Position numbers and translations under genes: made by a program. A stretch of DNA of 64,000 nucleotides, taken from positions 32,001 through 96,000 of IMG/VR virus record IMGVR_UViG_3300028048_000001, one strand, 5' to 3'. Positions 38,376-50,500 of the stretch are shown here, in pieces. The stretch is from a virus. Lineage: Duplodnaviria > Caudoviricetes. The notes below the pieces were generated by a model. That model saw nothing but the letters and a program-made list of their open reading frames with translations. It had not been told where the DNA came from and did no database searches. Numbering within the stretch: position 1 is the stretch's first letter; each line of letters starts with the position of its first letter.

Positions 38376-38972
38376 TTAATCTTTTTTAGATTCTATATCA
38401 GAAAATCCTCTAATAATTTCTTCTTTTCTTTCTGGCCAATTATCTTTTTCCATTTCACAAAGAAATGCCATATTACAACAAGCATGCCATAAATGAGGTA
38501 ATCCAGATTCTTTATCAACTGATTTATTATCATCAAGATAGCCAAGAATATGTCTCATTAAAGCATCAATATATCTTCTTTTTTCTACACTTGTCCAATT
38601 AGATGGAGAATGATATTTTTCATTACCATACATTCTAATTTTAGCAATTGCTCTTATAATTTCTGTAGGAACTAAAGAAATCTGAAGTTTACCATTATCT
38701 GCTTTTGCTGTGTTATTGTAATTATTAAAAATTTGATTATCACTCACATGTATTGATTCAAAATGTTTTTCTCCAGCTATATTAACATCGTGCCAAAATC
38801 CATTATAATATACCTGTTTATATCTATTATCATTCGGGTTATCTCTAATATCACCATTTTTATAAGCATAAAAATCTGATGCTGTAATATTCTCTACAGT
38901 AAGAGGTTTACTATTATTTTCATTATTTTCATAATCATTACAATCTGTAGATTCATTTGGTAATTCTATCAT
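38376..38972 (-). CDS. dATP/dGTP diphosphohydrolase domain protein (DUF5664)
   Basis: K.D.GK....LVP........I..YG..KY....NW........Y.DAL.RH...D.ESGLPHL.HA.CN..FL. Confidence 0.88.
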   Translation of the reverse strand: MIELPNESTDCNDYENNENNSKPLTVENITASDFYAYKNGDIRDNPNDNRYKQVYYNGFWHDVNIAGEKHFESIHVSDNQIFNNYNNTAKADNGKLQISLVPTEIIRAIAKIRMYGNEKYHSPSNWTSVEKRRYIDALMRHILGYLDDNKSVDKESGLPHLWHACCNMAFLCEMEKDNWPERKEEIIRGFSDIESKKD

Positions 38973-38980
38973 ATTTAATT

Positions 38981-39724
38981 TTATCCTCCTTCATAATGTA
39001 TATAACCTGTATTATCCAAGTATTGTATTGGATAATTTGGATTATAATCTTTTCTATTTATTATTTGATTATAATGTTGATAAGATGTAACACAATTTAA
39101 ATATCTAATATATATTTCTACTCTTGGTAAAATAGAATAATATTTATGGACTTCACCATCTGTAACAAGATTATCATCTAACCAAATATTAGCATTGAAC
39201 ATGTCTGTATATTTCTTTCCAACATTATCCCAGTCTGGCTTGTTTATATGTCTATGTAATCCTATTTCTGCTAATAATATATCTTCTTTATTAAAATATG
39301 ATGGTGTTTTAAAAAATACATTTATACATACTTGGCACGGAGTTTGAATAAAATTGTTTAATTGAATTAATTCTGAATCTATAAGTTTATGCATAAATCT
39401 ATGATCTTCTGCTGCATTTGGAGAAAATACATGAACAAAACTTCCTCCACCTAAAGCAGTATTCATATAATTTTTTCTATTCACCATTCTAAAACGTGGT
39501 CGTTTAGCTCCTTCTGGATCTTCATAAAGAATTATTTTATAATCATAATAAAATAATTGTGATTCCATTACACGTTTTCTTTCAATTATATCATCCATTT
39601 TTTGTGGATTTAATCTCATAGAATTTATTAAAAAATAAATACGTTCACTATTGTCTTTTGGAATATGAGAATATTTAATCTCATATTCTTCCATTTTTAA
39701 TATTCTAGATTTTTGTTTTGACAA
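38981..39724 (-). CDS. rusA: RusA-family Holliday junction resolvase
   Basis: RPRF; KPDWDNVGK...D.....IW.DD..V......K.YS..PRVEI. Confidence 0.9.
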   Translation of the reverse strand: MSKQKSRILKMEEYEIKYSHIPKDNSERIYFLINSMRLNPQKMDDIIERKRVMESQLFYYDYKIILYEDPEGAKRPRFRMVNRKNYMNTALGGGSFVHVFSPNAAEDHRFMHKLIDSELIQLNNFIQTPCQVCINVFFKTPSYFNKEDILLAEIGLHRHINKPDWDNVGKKYTDMFNANIWLDDNLVTDGEVHKYYSILPRVEIYIRYLNCVTSYQHYNQIINRKDYNPNYPIQYLDNTGYIHYEGG

Positions 39725-39776
39725 AAAATCACCTCATTTATAATTATACACAGGTTATATATAAAATAAAAAATAA

Positions 39777-39806
39777 ATAGAGGTAGAATTTTTTTTCTAC
39801 CTCTAT
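39777..39806 (-). terminator. Intrinsic terminator
   Basis: ATAGAGGTAGAA...TTCTACCTCTAT. Confidence 0.85.
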
Positions 39807-39809
39807 ATT

Positions 39810-41474
39810 TTACCATCCTAAACTTCTTACATCAGAGAAATTACTTAATATATTAGCTGCCTGATGAGCTAATCCTCTTTTAACACCACCCCAAAAATCA
39901 TTTACATAATCTCTAGGAGCATCTTTTAATATCATAGCAGCCATTTTCATTAATCTAGTAAATTCATAATCATTAAGATTAACTCCAGCCATTGTAGCAA
40001 GATAATCCATTTCTGCTGTATTGGCAATAATACCCATCATTTTAGATATAAACATACTAGAATATAAATCTTTTAAAGTAAGAGTAACATCTGCTGTATA
40101 AGGTTGTCCCATAACATTCCATCTATCTGAACCACCTTTTGTTATTGATAATGATTGTACTATTCCAAGATCACAATTAAATATAGATTTATAAGTAGCT
40201 CTAACTAAGAATGGAGCTTGATATGAATTTGATTTATTTCCTATTTGTCTTGGAGCAGCTAAAGATACTAATAATACTATCGGTAAATACACATTTAAAA
40301 ATATACTAACAGGATCAGGATCTGGAGATCTTAATTTAAGACTTATATTATATGATTTAGAATAAGAAGATCCAGACCAAATTTCTGGAAATATAATTTT
40401 TCCACCAGATACTATAGTTGTTAATTCTCCGGTAATTCTAGATAATAAATTTTTTCCAGCTAAAGCATCTGATAATTGTCCTGCAGCTTCAGCTAAATTA
40501 GTACCTATTTCTGTTACAGCAGATCCCATGGCTTTCATTAACCCACCACCATCTCTACTACCGAGAATGAATTGAATTTCCCTTGCAGTCTGTGAAAACC
40601 CATTAGCAGTTTGAGAGATCATAGATTCTGTTGTGTCATTACCAAAATCTTCACTTATAGAAGTTTCTGCGTCTAAATAAAAAGGTAATACACAGTTTGT
40701 ACCAAATATTTTTGTAAAATCTGTAGATACAAAATCTTCTATATCTATTTTAGATAATTTTTTATCTTTCATAGTACCTGGAATAGGTATAACCATATCA
40801 GATATTCCCATGTAAAAAGCTAATGATCTTAATGCTGTATTAGCATATTTTTTATATTCTGGAAAATTTTGTGCAAATGTATAATATCTTCCATCTTCAT
40901 CAATATCGTCATCATCAATACTACTATCACTATTAAGAGCACCATATAAATTTTGTGCTAGACTTAAAGCAGCATGACCTTTAGCACTACCTTTTCCCAT
41001 AAATAATGGTTCACCAGGAGTAAGGAAAAGTACTGGCATTACTGATAAAATTTTTTGAGTATATTTTCTTCCAACATGTATTGTATTATCATTATTTTTA
41101 TTATTTTTACTTACACTATCTTCTATTTTAAAATCACCTTTTTCATCCATTATAGGATCAACTTCTGGAGAAAACTGATATGGTAATCCAAATATTCCTG
41201 TTATACTATTTGTAATTTTTTTAGCATAAGTAGAATTATTCTTTTTTCCGTTAACTTGATACACATTTTCATCATTTTCTAATGAATCTAAAAGATCGTC
41301 ATAAGATTCAAATGTAGTTTGTTTTCCATATAATTCTTCAAACTCTTCATTTTCTTCATCAGCGGTTTCTTCTATAGAAGTATCCACGTATTGATATCCA
41401 GGATCAGAAGGTTTGCTACCACTACTATCAGGAACTGGAGTGGGATTGGTTATTGTATTATCATTATCAGGCAT
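39810..41474 (-). CDS. Virion baseplate/tail-initiation structural protein
   Basis: GLPYQF...VDP, SE.FGN.TTES, FPEIW..S.YS, Y..PFLVRA, DV..T.KDLY; directly downstream of the tape-measure gene. Confidence 0.6.
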   Translation of the reverse strand: MPDNDNTITNPTPVPDSSGSKPSDPGYQYVDTSIEETADEENEEFEELYGKQTTFESYDDLLDSLENDENVYQVNGKKNNSTYAKKITNSITGIFGLPYQFSPEVDPIMDEKGDFKIEDSVSKNNKNNDNTIHVGRKYTQKILSVMPVLFLTPGEPLFMGKGSAKGHAALSLAQNLYGALNSDSSIDDDDIDEDGRYYTFAQNFPEYKKYANTALRSLAFYMGISDMVIPIPGTMKDKKLSKIDIEDFVSTDFTKIFGTNCVLPFYLDAETSISEDFGNDTTESMISQTANGFSQTAREIQFILGSRDGGGLMKAMGSAVTEIGTNLAEAAGQLSDALAGKNLLSRITGELTTIVSGGKIIFPEIWSGSSYSKSYNISLKLRSPDPDPVSIFLNVYLPIVLLVSLAAPRQIGNKSNSYQAPFLVRATYKSIFNCDLGIVQSLSITKGGSDRWNVMGQPYTADVTLTLKDLYSSMFISKMMGIIANTAEMDYLATMAGVNLNDYEFTRLMKMAAMILKDAPRDYVNDFWGGVKRGLAHQAANILSNFSDVRSLGW

Positions 41475-41499
41475 TATAATACCTCCATTACTAATTAAT

Positions 41500-41528
41500 A
41501 TGGAGTTGGGCTATTAAACCCAACTCCA
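41500..41528 (-). terminator. Terminator hairpin overlapping a late promoter
   Basis: TGGAGTTGGG-ctattaaa-CCCAACTCCA; the minus strand reads AACT-ccatat-TA. Confidence 0.75.
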
Positions 41529-41535
41529 AAATTAT

Positions 41536-44500
41536 TTAAAGTGTACTAGAAATAGATTCTAATTTTTGTATAATAGAAGAAATATCAGCATTAATATTAT
41601 TTACTTGATCTTGATTAGTAATAGTAGTTGAATTAGAATTTACTGTAGCAGTAATTCCAGCTAATTTAGAAATAAGATCAACAATAGTAGGTAATGCGGC
41701 TTCATATTTACTATTATCAGCAATAGTCTTTAAATATTCAAGAATACTATTAAGGGATGCAGTATCTATTCCTCCAGCAACATATCCTCCAGAATTAGAA
41801 TTGTAAGTTCCTCCAGATGAATAAGAAGAACCAGAATTAGTTGTTCCAGAAGAAGATTTATTTGCTTTGGCATAATTATTATTCTGCATCTTCCTGATAG
41901 CTTCGTTATCAGCTTCCCAAGAAGCAGCAGCTTTATTTCTATTAATAGTTTCATTAATAGCTCTTTGTTCATCATCCCAAATCTTAGCAGCATTCTTTAT
42001 ATAATAATTATTATTCTGCATCTTCCTGATAGCTTCGTTATCAGCTTCCCAAGAAGCAGCAGCTTTATTTCTATTAATAGTTTCATTAATAGCTCTTTGT
42101 TCATCATCCCAAGAATCTAAATAATGCTTGCCGTATTTAGAACTACTAGTACCAGCTTTACCACCAGTAAAATTATATAATTGTAATCCAGATCCTGAAG
42201 CAATTGTTGCACTCCAATCTGGTCTTCCAAATCCAGTAAGTTTTTTATCCATAGAACTTCCATCACCTAAAGTCCACTGATGTCTAGCAACAACACCACC
42301 ATTACGGTTAAACTTATTACTGGATCCAGTATTACCTTCAAGAGTAGAAATCTGTTTTCCATTAACAGTTTCAACTAATCCAGTATGCGATGATCCGTTC
42401 TTAAATATAACAATATCACCTGGTTGAGGATCATTAGTCATAGCTCCAGCACGTTTAAAATTATCCCATAATCCAGATACAGCTGCAGATGGTGAACCTC
42501 TAAGAGCTTTATTTCTGGCTGTTTTATCTCCATTAAATGTTTTGTCCATAACCCATGATACAAAAGAAGCACACCATGGTTGACCGTCCATTCCCATAAA
42601 TTTACCATAATCGGTAATATTACCATTATTGGAACCTTCAGGTCCTTCAACAACACCTAACTGAGATTGTGCTATCTGAACCATAGACTGAGGAGTTCCT
42701 TTACCTTGAGGAGCAGGTTTTGCCTTTCCACCATATTGAGGTGTATTATCTCCACTCATAGATGTTTGAATAGTACTATTAGCACTTTCTCCACTTGTTA
42801 CAGTAGAACCATCAGATGATGTAGAATTGCTAGATGTTCCTCCAAGATTAAGTCCACCAGTAAAAAGTTTAAATATAGAACCAGCTTTACCTGTTAATTT
42901 ACTTCCAATAGCACCAAATACACTACTAAATGCACTTGAAAGTATTCCAGCTAAATTAGTAGGTTTAGAAGAATTTCCAAATGCATCTCCATTAGAAGCA
43001 CCACTAGAACTTGATGTTCCAGTAGAATAGCCAGCAGGAGCTGTTACAGTACCATCAGCACTAATATTATAATGAGCATCACCATGCTTCGATCTCATTT
43101 CTTCAGATGTATATCCAAAAGGATCAGATCTATCATCTGGGAAACTATAGAATGTCCACTTAGATCCATATTTATTTGTAATTTGAGTTTGATTAGGAAC
43201 ATAAGCAGATCTATTCTTTTTATCAATCGAAGGATTGGTAGAAGATATATCAGAGAAGCAATCATGCTCATTAATATATCTAGGCATAGTACGTTTACCG
43301 TTATTAAATATATCAGTAGCTGCAGCTAAAGCAGTATCTTCAATTTTAACTGATCCTGCAGCACCTTGTTCATAACGATTTTTACCATCAGCAAACCAGT
43401 TTTGTCCTTTTGGTTTAGTAAGATATGCAACAAGATTTTGAGCAGTAGCTCTAGAATCATCTTTCATATCAATGAGGTTTGCCATAAGTGAAGCTTCAGC
43501 ATATCTAGCTTGTACTTTACCTTGTTCATGCTGAATAATATTAGCAACACCTTTAAGTTGAGAATCTGTAAGATTATAAGTTGGGAAGCTTATAGTTTGT
43601 CCTCCACCAGATTCTCCTAATGTTGTAGGAGCACCAAAACTAGTATCTTTTGGTGGTTCTTTAGTAAATTTATCATAATAAGTTTGACCATAAGAAGCTC
43701 TAGTGGAACTATGTGACATAGCATCTTCAGGAGATTCAAAATCAGTTAAAACTTTATTAGAAGCTTCAGCTAAACTAGTAGTAGTTTTAAGTGTATTATA
43801 TACTCCAGGATACTTATTCTGTAACTCATAGAGTAAATACTCTAATTGTGTTTGTTTATCAGAAATAGATACACCTTTTTGCTTAACAAGATCATATAAT
43901 CCTTGTTTTCTTCCAAAACTTGTCCATTGGACTAAGCCATATCCATTCTGACCAAAATAAGTACCATCAGACTTTTGTCTAGAAGTCTTCCATGGCATTC
44001 TAACAAATTCATATTCAGGAATAACTCCAAAAGTAGGCTTAAGATTTTGTTCAGCACTACCTTTAAGTCCTTGTTTTAATCCTTTATCAACAGCAGCAGT
44101 ATAAGAATCACTATCATATGTAAATCCATAATCTCTATTATAATCATGAGATTGAATATTACTCTTTTTAATAGAAGAAGCTTCTACTTTATTAGATTTT
44201 AATCCAGATTCTGCATAGAGATTACCCATTAAACCTGCTACACCAGCATCTGTAAATCCAGCAGATTTAAGATAATTCCATATTGCTCCGTCATCAGCTT
44301 GAATTGCATTACTTCCACCACCAGTAAGTACTCCAAGCTTAGCTTTATTAATTATATTCTTATTATATATTGCAGGTGCTCTTAATTCAGGATCATCAAT
44401 TAATACATGACCTTTAGAATCTGATCCTCTAGCTACAACATAATGAGGATTAGGTCCAAAAGGAGAATTAATTTTAGATCTATTAGATCTATCTTGTCCT

Positions 44501-47500
44501 AATAATATGGTAGGATTACCTGATCCAATAGCACCTCTAATAGAATTTTTAGAATTAGTATAAGAAGTTCTAATACCATTAGCTCCTAATATATCAGAGA
44601 AATAAGAAGCTCTAGTACCAACAGCATCAGATCTTCCTGCTACATATCCACCAAGTTCAGCATATCTGGCAGCATCTTCAAGATTACCACCTTTACCATA
44701 AGCTCTAAGTACAGTAGCAGCAGTTGCAGGTCCACAACCATTATCGTCTATAGTAGAAGAGCCAAATCTTCTGCTAGATCCCTTTTGTGATACATGAATT
44801 CCTGATCCACTACCTGTTTCTGCATTATGTTGTGTATTAGATGTATTATCATTAAGTGCCCAATTTTTAATACTTGTAAAAATATTATCTGCACCTTCAA
44901 CAAATCCACCTACTACACCACCAACTTTATCTCCAACAATTTTAAGAGGTCTAATAATAGTAAGAAGCAATCTCATAATACCGCCTGTTGCAGATACCAT
45001 CGCACTATTAAGAGAACCAAATACATTATCTCCAGTAGTTTTAAAACTATCAACTGTAGAAGAATATGTATCCATACTATTATTAGTGTCAGAATATTGT
45101 TTCCAAAGTTTATCAATAATATCACCCATATTGGGTATAGAATTTTTAGTTTTAGTAAAGATATTATTAATAGATTTTCCTATAGCATTAATTCCTGTTG
45201 GAATTGAATAAGCGAATTTAAATCCAGTGTCAGCAAGTTTAGATATAAATCCTTCTCCTTCTCCTCCAGCATCTTTATTATCAGAAGCCCAAAGACCACC
45301 AAAATCTCCATTTTGCATGTATATCTTTTTAGCTTCACCAATAGAAGCGATATTATTAGCTTCTTTACTAACAAATTCTCCAATGGATTTAATTCCTTCT
45401 ACAGTTTTATGACCTACAAAGGATACAAGTGTAGGAACAGTAAGTCCATATGATGTAGCCATATTAGTAATAGTAGAAATAAATCCAAAAGGATTATCTT
45501 CACTAACAGTAGATTTATTTGTCCAAAGACCCACTATATCTCCAGATTTAAAAGAATCAATATTTGAACCTACTGTTGTGGTTGTATCTGATATTATTGT
45601 CCTACCCATCTCAATATATGGGGTAACTGCATTTTTAATTTTTATACCAAATTCTTCTACTTTATTTTTTATATTATTAAATATTTCTTCTGCTTTATTC
45701 TTTACTTTAATACCAATATATTTAGCAAAAAGTCCTGGAATAATAGCAGCTTTAGTACCATTAGCTATAGTATTTGTAATTCCATAAAGAGGATTATCTT
45801 CTTTGATATTAGGCTTAACAGCTATAACATCAGACATTTTAGCATCTTTATTTACAAATACTTTTTCCATTTTTCCAGCAAGAGTAGTAATTCCAGTAAC
45901 GGCTTCTTTTACATAATCTTTACCTTTACTTAATTTTTCTCCAGCTGTTTTAACAAGATTTTTAGCACCAGAAGCTATATTGGTTCCAAAATTCTTAATC
46001 CTAGTACTAGCTTTAGATCCAAAGTTTTTAATACCAGTAATACCTTTTACTGCAGTAGTTTTTACTGTATTAAACCCATTACTAGCAGTTTCTTTAACTT
46101 TAGAAATTGCTCCTCCTATTGATTTTTTCACTTTTTCTTGAGTTGTATATTCACCTAATACATTATGAACATATTCTTCAAGAGTAGCACCAGGATTATT
46201 GGTAGCTTTTTTATATTCTTCAAGAGTAACTTTAGCTGCTTCTCTTTGTTCCTGTAACCCTCCAAGATTAATACCAAATTTCTCAAATATCCAATATAGA
46301 ATATTAAATAATACTTCTGTAGGAATTAATCCTCCTATTCCAGGAATAGCATAATTTATACCATTTAAAGCTGCAGCTAATAATCTTTGAGTAATTGTAG
46401 GATCTGCAGTTATACCTAATATAACTTTTGCTTTTGCTTTTTCAAAACCATCTTCAAGAGCAAGTATTATTCTACCAATATAAATTACAGATCCGATACT
46501 ACTTAAAAGTTTTCCAAGATTAGCAGATCCACCTTTTGATACAATTGCTTGAGCAGTAGCTTCGGCAGCTTCGTCTGCAGCGGATCCAGCTTGTTTAACA
46601 CCAAGCTTATTAAATACCCAATTAAAAATATTTTTAACTTTATCAGATATAGTAGATATAAGACCGTCATCTGCTACTTGACCAATAGTATCATATAACT
46701 TTTCACCAAGTTTTCCACTATCGGCAAGTTTAGACATAACTTTTTCATTATTCCAAATTTTTGATGCTGCATTTTTAAATATATTAGTACCTTCTGGTAA
46801 TTTAGATCCGATTTTAGAAGCTAATCCTATCGGAGAAGATAATGCTTTACCTATAACAGGAACTTTACCAATTGTATTAGATACAATTTTAGCTCCGGCT
46901 TTACCAATAGATCCTCCGAATGCCATTCCACTTAAAAGATTTATACCAGTAGTTTTAATACCTCTATCTATAGCATAATCTGATACGAAATCTTTACTGC
47001 TATATGCATTCATATTTTTTCTGGTAATAATATTTTGAGTGTCTTTAGCTCCGTAATATGCTCTTTCGAAAAAGCTCATATCTTTACTTTTCTTAAGAGT
47101 ATTAGGATCTATATCACTTCTTACTCTTGAATCTTTATCCGAACCTTCTACTTTATCATGAATTTTAGAAAGTCCCCAAGTAATTCCAGCACCTGCAAGA
47201 ATTGTACTAAGTGCACCACTACTTACAAGTCCTTCAAATCCAGCTTTAATAAGTCCAGTAATCCCAGAACCAGTAAGCATTCCTATTAAACTAGAAATAC
47301 CATTAGTAATAGGAGATAACAAATTACCAATAAAATTACCAGCAGTAGAAAGAAATCCAAGAGCTCCTTTTTTTAATTTATCAAATATAGTTTCTTTTTT
47401 TTCTTCTTTATTAATTCCAAATATTTTACCAAGCCCAGTAAGAAGACCACCACCAAGGAAGAAATTATAAAATCTTGTTTTAAGATTCTTCTCCTCTTTT

Positions 47501-50500
47501 TCTTCCTTTTCCTTATCGTTAGTTTCTTTATCAGATAAATCAGGAACCCATTTACCACCTCTATATTCTTCATTTTTTTCGGTGATAGGATTCTGTCTTT
47601 TATCTCCCTCTTTAGGTCCGGCATTTTCATTTGATTTATTTTCATTACTTGGAATATTAGTATTCTCTTTAGCTTTATCAAAAGAATTCTTTTCTGGTAA
47701 TTCAATACCATTGTGCTGAGCTATTGATTTTACTGTATCAAGAATAGTATTAAGTATACTATTTCTTTTAGCTCCCAAAGGATCAGTTTTTTCTGCGTCT
47801 TTAATAGTTTCAGCAATATTTTTATTTTCTTCTTTTAACCAATTTTTTCTATCATTAATATTTATTCTTCTATAATCATTATCGGTTTGATGCATTAATT
47901 TAAGTAATTTTTTATCACTTAATTTACCATTCAAACCTCTAATATCATAACCTTTATATTCATCTTTAGAAAATTCAGATTCTCTAACAGCATCCCAATT
48001 ATCTAATTGAACAGATCTTTCATTAAATTCAGCTTGTTTTTCTTTTAAAAGATTAATAGCTGATGTTGCTCTTTCACCTGTTATACCATATTCACCATTT
48101 TCAATAGCTTTTATTAATTTACTATAGTCTGTATGCTCTTTTTTGGGTCCAAAAGGCTTATTATTATTTCTAGTATAAGTAGTAGAATCTTTTATAGCTT
48201 TTCTAAGAGCATTTACTACTTTAGGATCGCTAGCTCCACCATTATCTAGTGTAGCAACCATAGTATCTGCTAAATCTTCTCTTTGAGATCTAAGAGCTTT
48301 TCTTGCACCATTTTCATTATTAGAATAGAAACGTATTTTTTGAATAAAATCATTTCTTTTTCTAATTCCTTCTTCACTATTATCTTTTTCCAATTCAGCA
48401 AGAGATTTATCATAAGATGTAGCATCAGATCCCATAGCTTTTACTCTCTCTGCTGCAGAAGCAGTAGAGTAACCCATTCTTATATTATGTTTATTAAGAG
48501 CTTCTCCAGCTCTACCCATTATATTGAATGGAACAGATATTAATCCCTTGCCAAATTTTAAAAGTTTATCTCCAGAGAATCCTAAAAGTGATAATAATCT
48601 ACCAAAAGTTTTATTAAATAATTCTCCAATATTTCTTCCAATACGAACTATTATATTTTTAGCCCCTTCAGTAACCCCTTCAAGTAGCCTAGTTCCTTTT
48701 CCTTTGACCCAATCAGTAAGAGGAACAAATAATTTTTTAACATTTTCACCAACAGTATTTTTTAAGAATTCACCAACTTTACCGATTCCGTTTTTAACAT
48801 AATCGGCCAATGGATCTACTACTCTAACTTTAAGAGAACCGATAATTCCGCCTCTTCTTTTACCATCGGCACCTTTATTACCAAATAAAGCTCCAGATAT
48901 ATATTCTTTTACAGTTTCATTATGGGCAAGCATATCAACACCTGCACCAAGCATAAATCCACCAAGAATTCCACCAGGAGCTAATCCCATAAGTCCAAGA
49001 GCTGTTCCTAAAGCTCCAGATTTAGCTATTGAAGGAACTCTCTTTTTAATAAATGTAGCAGCCTTAGCAGGAATTAACCCGCCAGACATGGTTTTTGTTC
49101 CATCAGAATTTGTACGTTCTTCGCCAAAAAGTTTTTTAGAAATATCATCAGAATTTTTTAATACATGAACTCCAGCACCAATAGCAAATCCACCAAGAAG
49201 TCCTAATCCAGAACCTGTCATGGCACCTGCAACAATAGCACCGATAGTACCAGATGATATAGTTTGAGGTAAAGACTTTTTGATTACATTCATTGCTGAT
49301 TTAGCAACGTCTTTAGTTCCTGTATATTTATCTCCGAAATAGTCAGACATAGCTTGATCAGCTTTAGACATCATATCTTTCATTTTCTGACCATAATCGG
49401 TTTCCATAATTTTTCCAGCAAAGCTTTTGGCACCATCTATAACTTTAGAACCTGTAGTTTTTACATTATCTACAGTTTCTCCTACAATATCTTGAACGTT
49501 TTTTGATTCTACATACCTTTTAACTGCATTATAGTTCTTTTTAATTCTTTTAGCAATAGTATTAGGATCTAATCCTTGTTCTAAAAGTTTATCAATATTA
49601 CTTTTATCTTTTTTAGATAATTTAGGTCTTTTAGATTTACCACCTTTACTAAAATTTCCCCAATAATCATCTGTATTTCCACCTCTAGCAACCCAATTTC
49701 TATAATTCATTGCTTCTTGGGCTCTTTGAGATGATTTATTGGTTCTTCCTTTGTAAAAAGGATTTTTCTCAGAAGGAATAATCATTTCACCTTCTGATAC
49801 AGAAATCATACCAGATTTGGTGACCATACCACCATTGGCAGCAGATCCACTGTAATTACCAGTAACCCAATCTACAACACTACCAGCAGATTTTTTAGCA
49901 TGTCCCCAAATAGATTTTCCAATTCCACTAACTTGATCTTTCATAGATCCAAAATAGGATCTACCAAAATCAGAAGATTTAAATTTTTCCCATTTATCTA
50001 AAGCCCAATTTTTAGCTTTATCTTTAATACTTTCTATTGCTTGAGCTATAGTACCAGGAAGATCTTTAAATAATTTTACTAATCCACCATTTGCAAAAAA
50101 TTCTTTAGCTTGACTTATCCCATTACCAAAGAATACCTTAGAAAGAAAATCATTTATTTTATCTACGCCTTTTGTAAATATAGACGATTTTTCATTTTCT
50201 TCTCGTCTTTCATCAAGTTTATTTGTTGATTTATATGGCGATTCTCTATATGTTCCATCTTTTTCTAATACATAAGTATCATCTTTAGCAGTATTTTCAT
50301 TATATATTTTATTTTTTATTGCTTGGTTTTCTCTTCTTCTTAATTCTTTAAGTTCTTTACTTAATGGAACATTATATTTTCTTCTAGCTTTATATCCTCT
50401 ATCTCCAGAGAAATTTTGACTAGATATACTGTCTTCTAAATACTTAAAAGAACTATAAAAGCTTTGTAAATACCAATAAATATCATGGCCTTTATCATCT

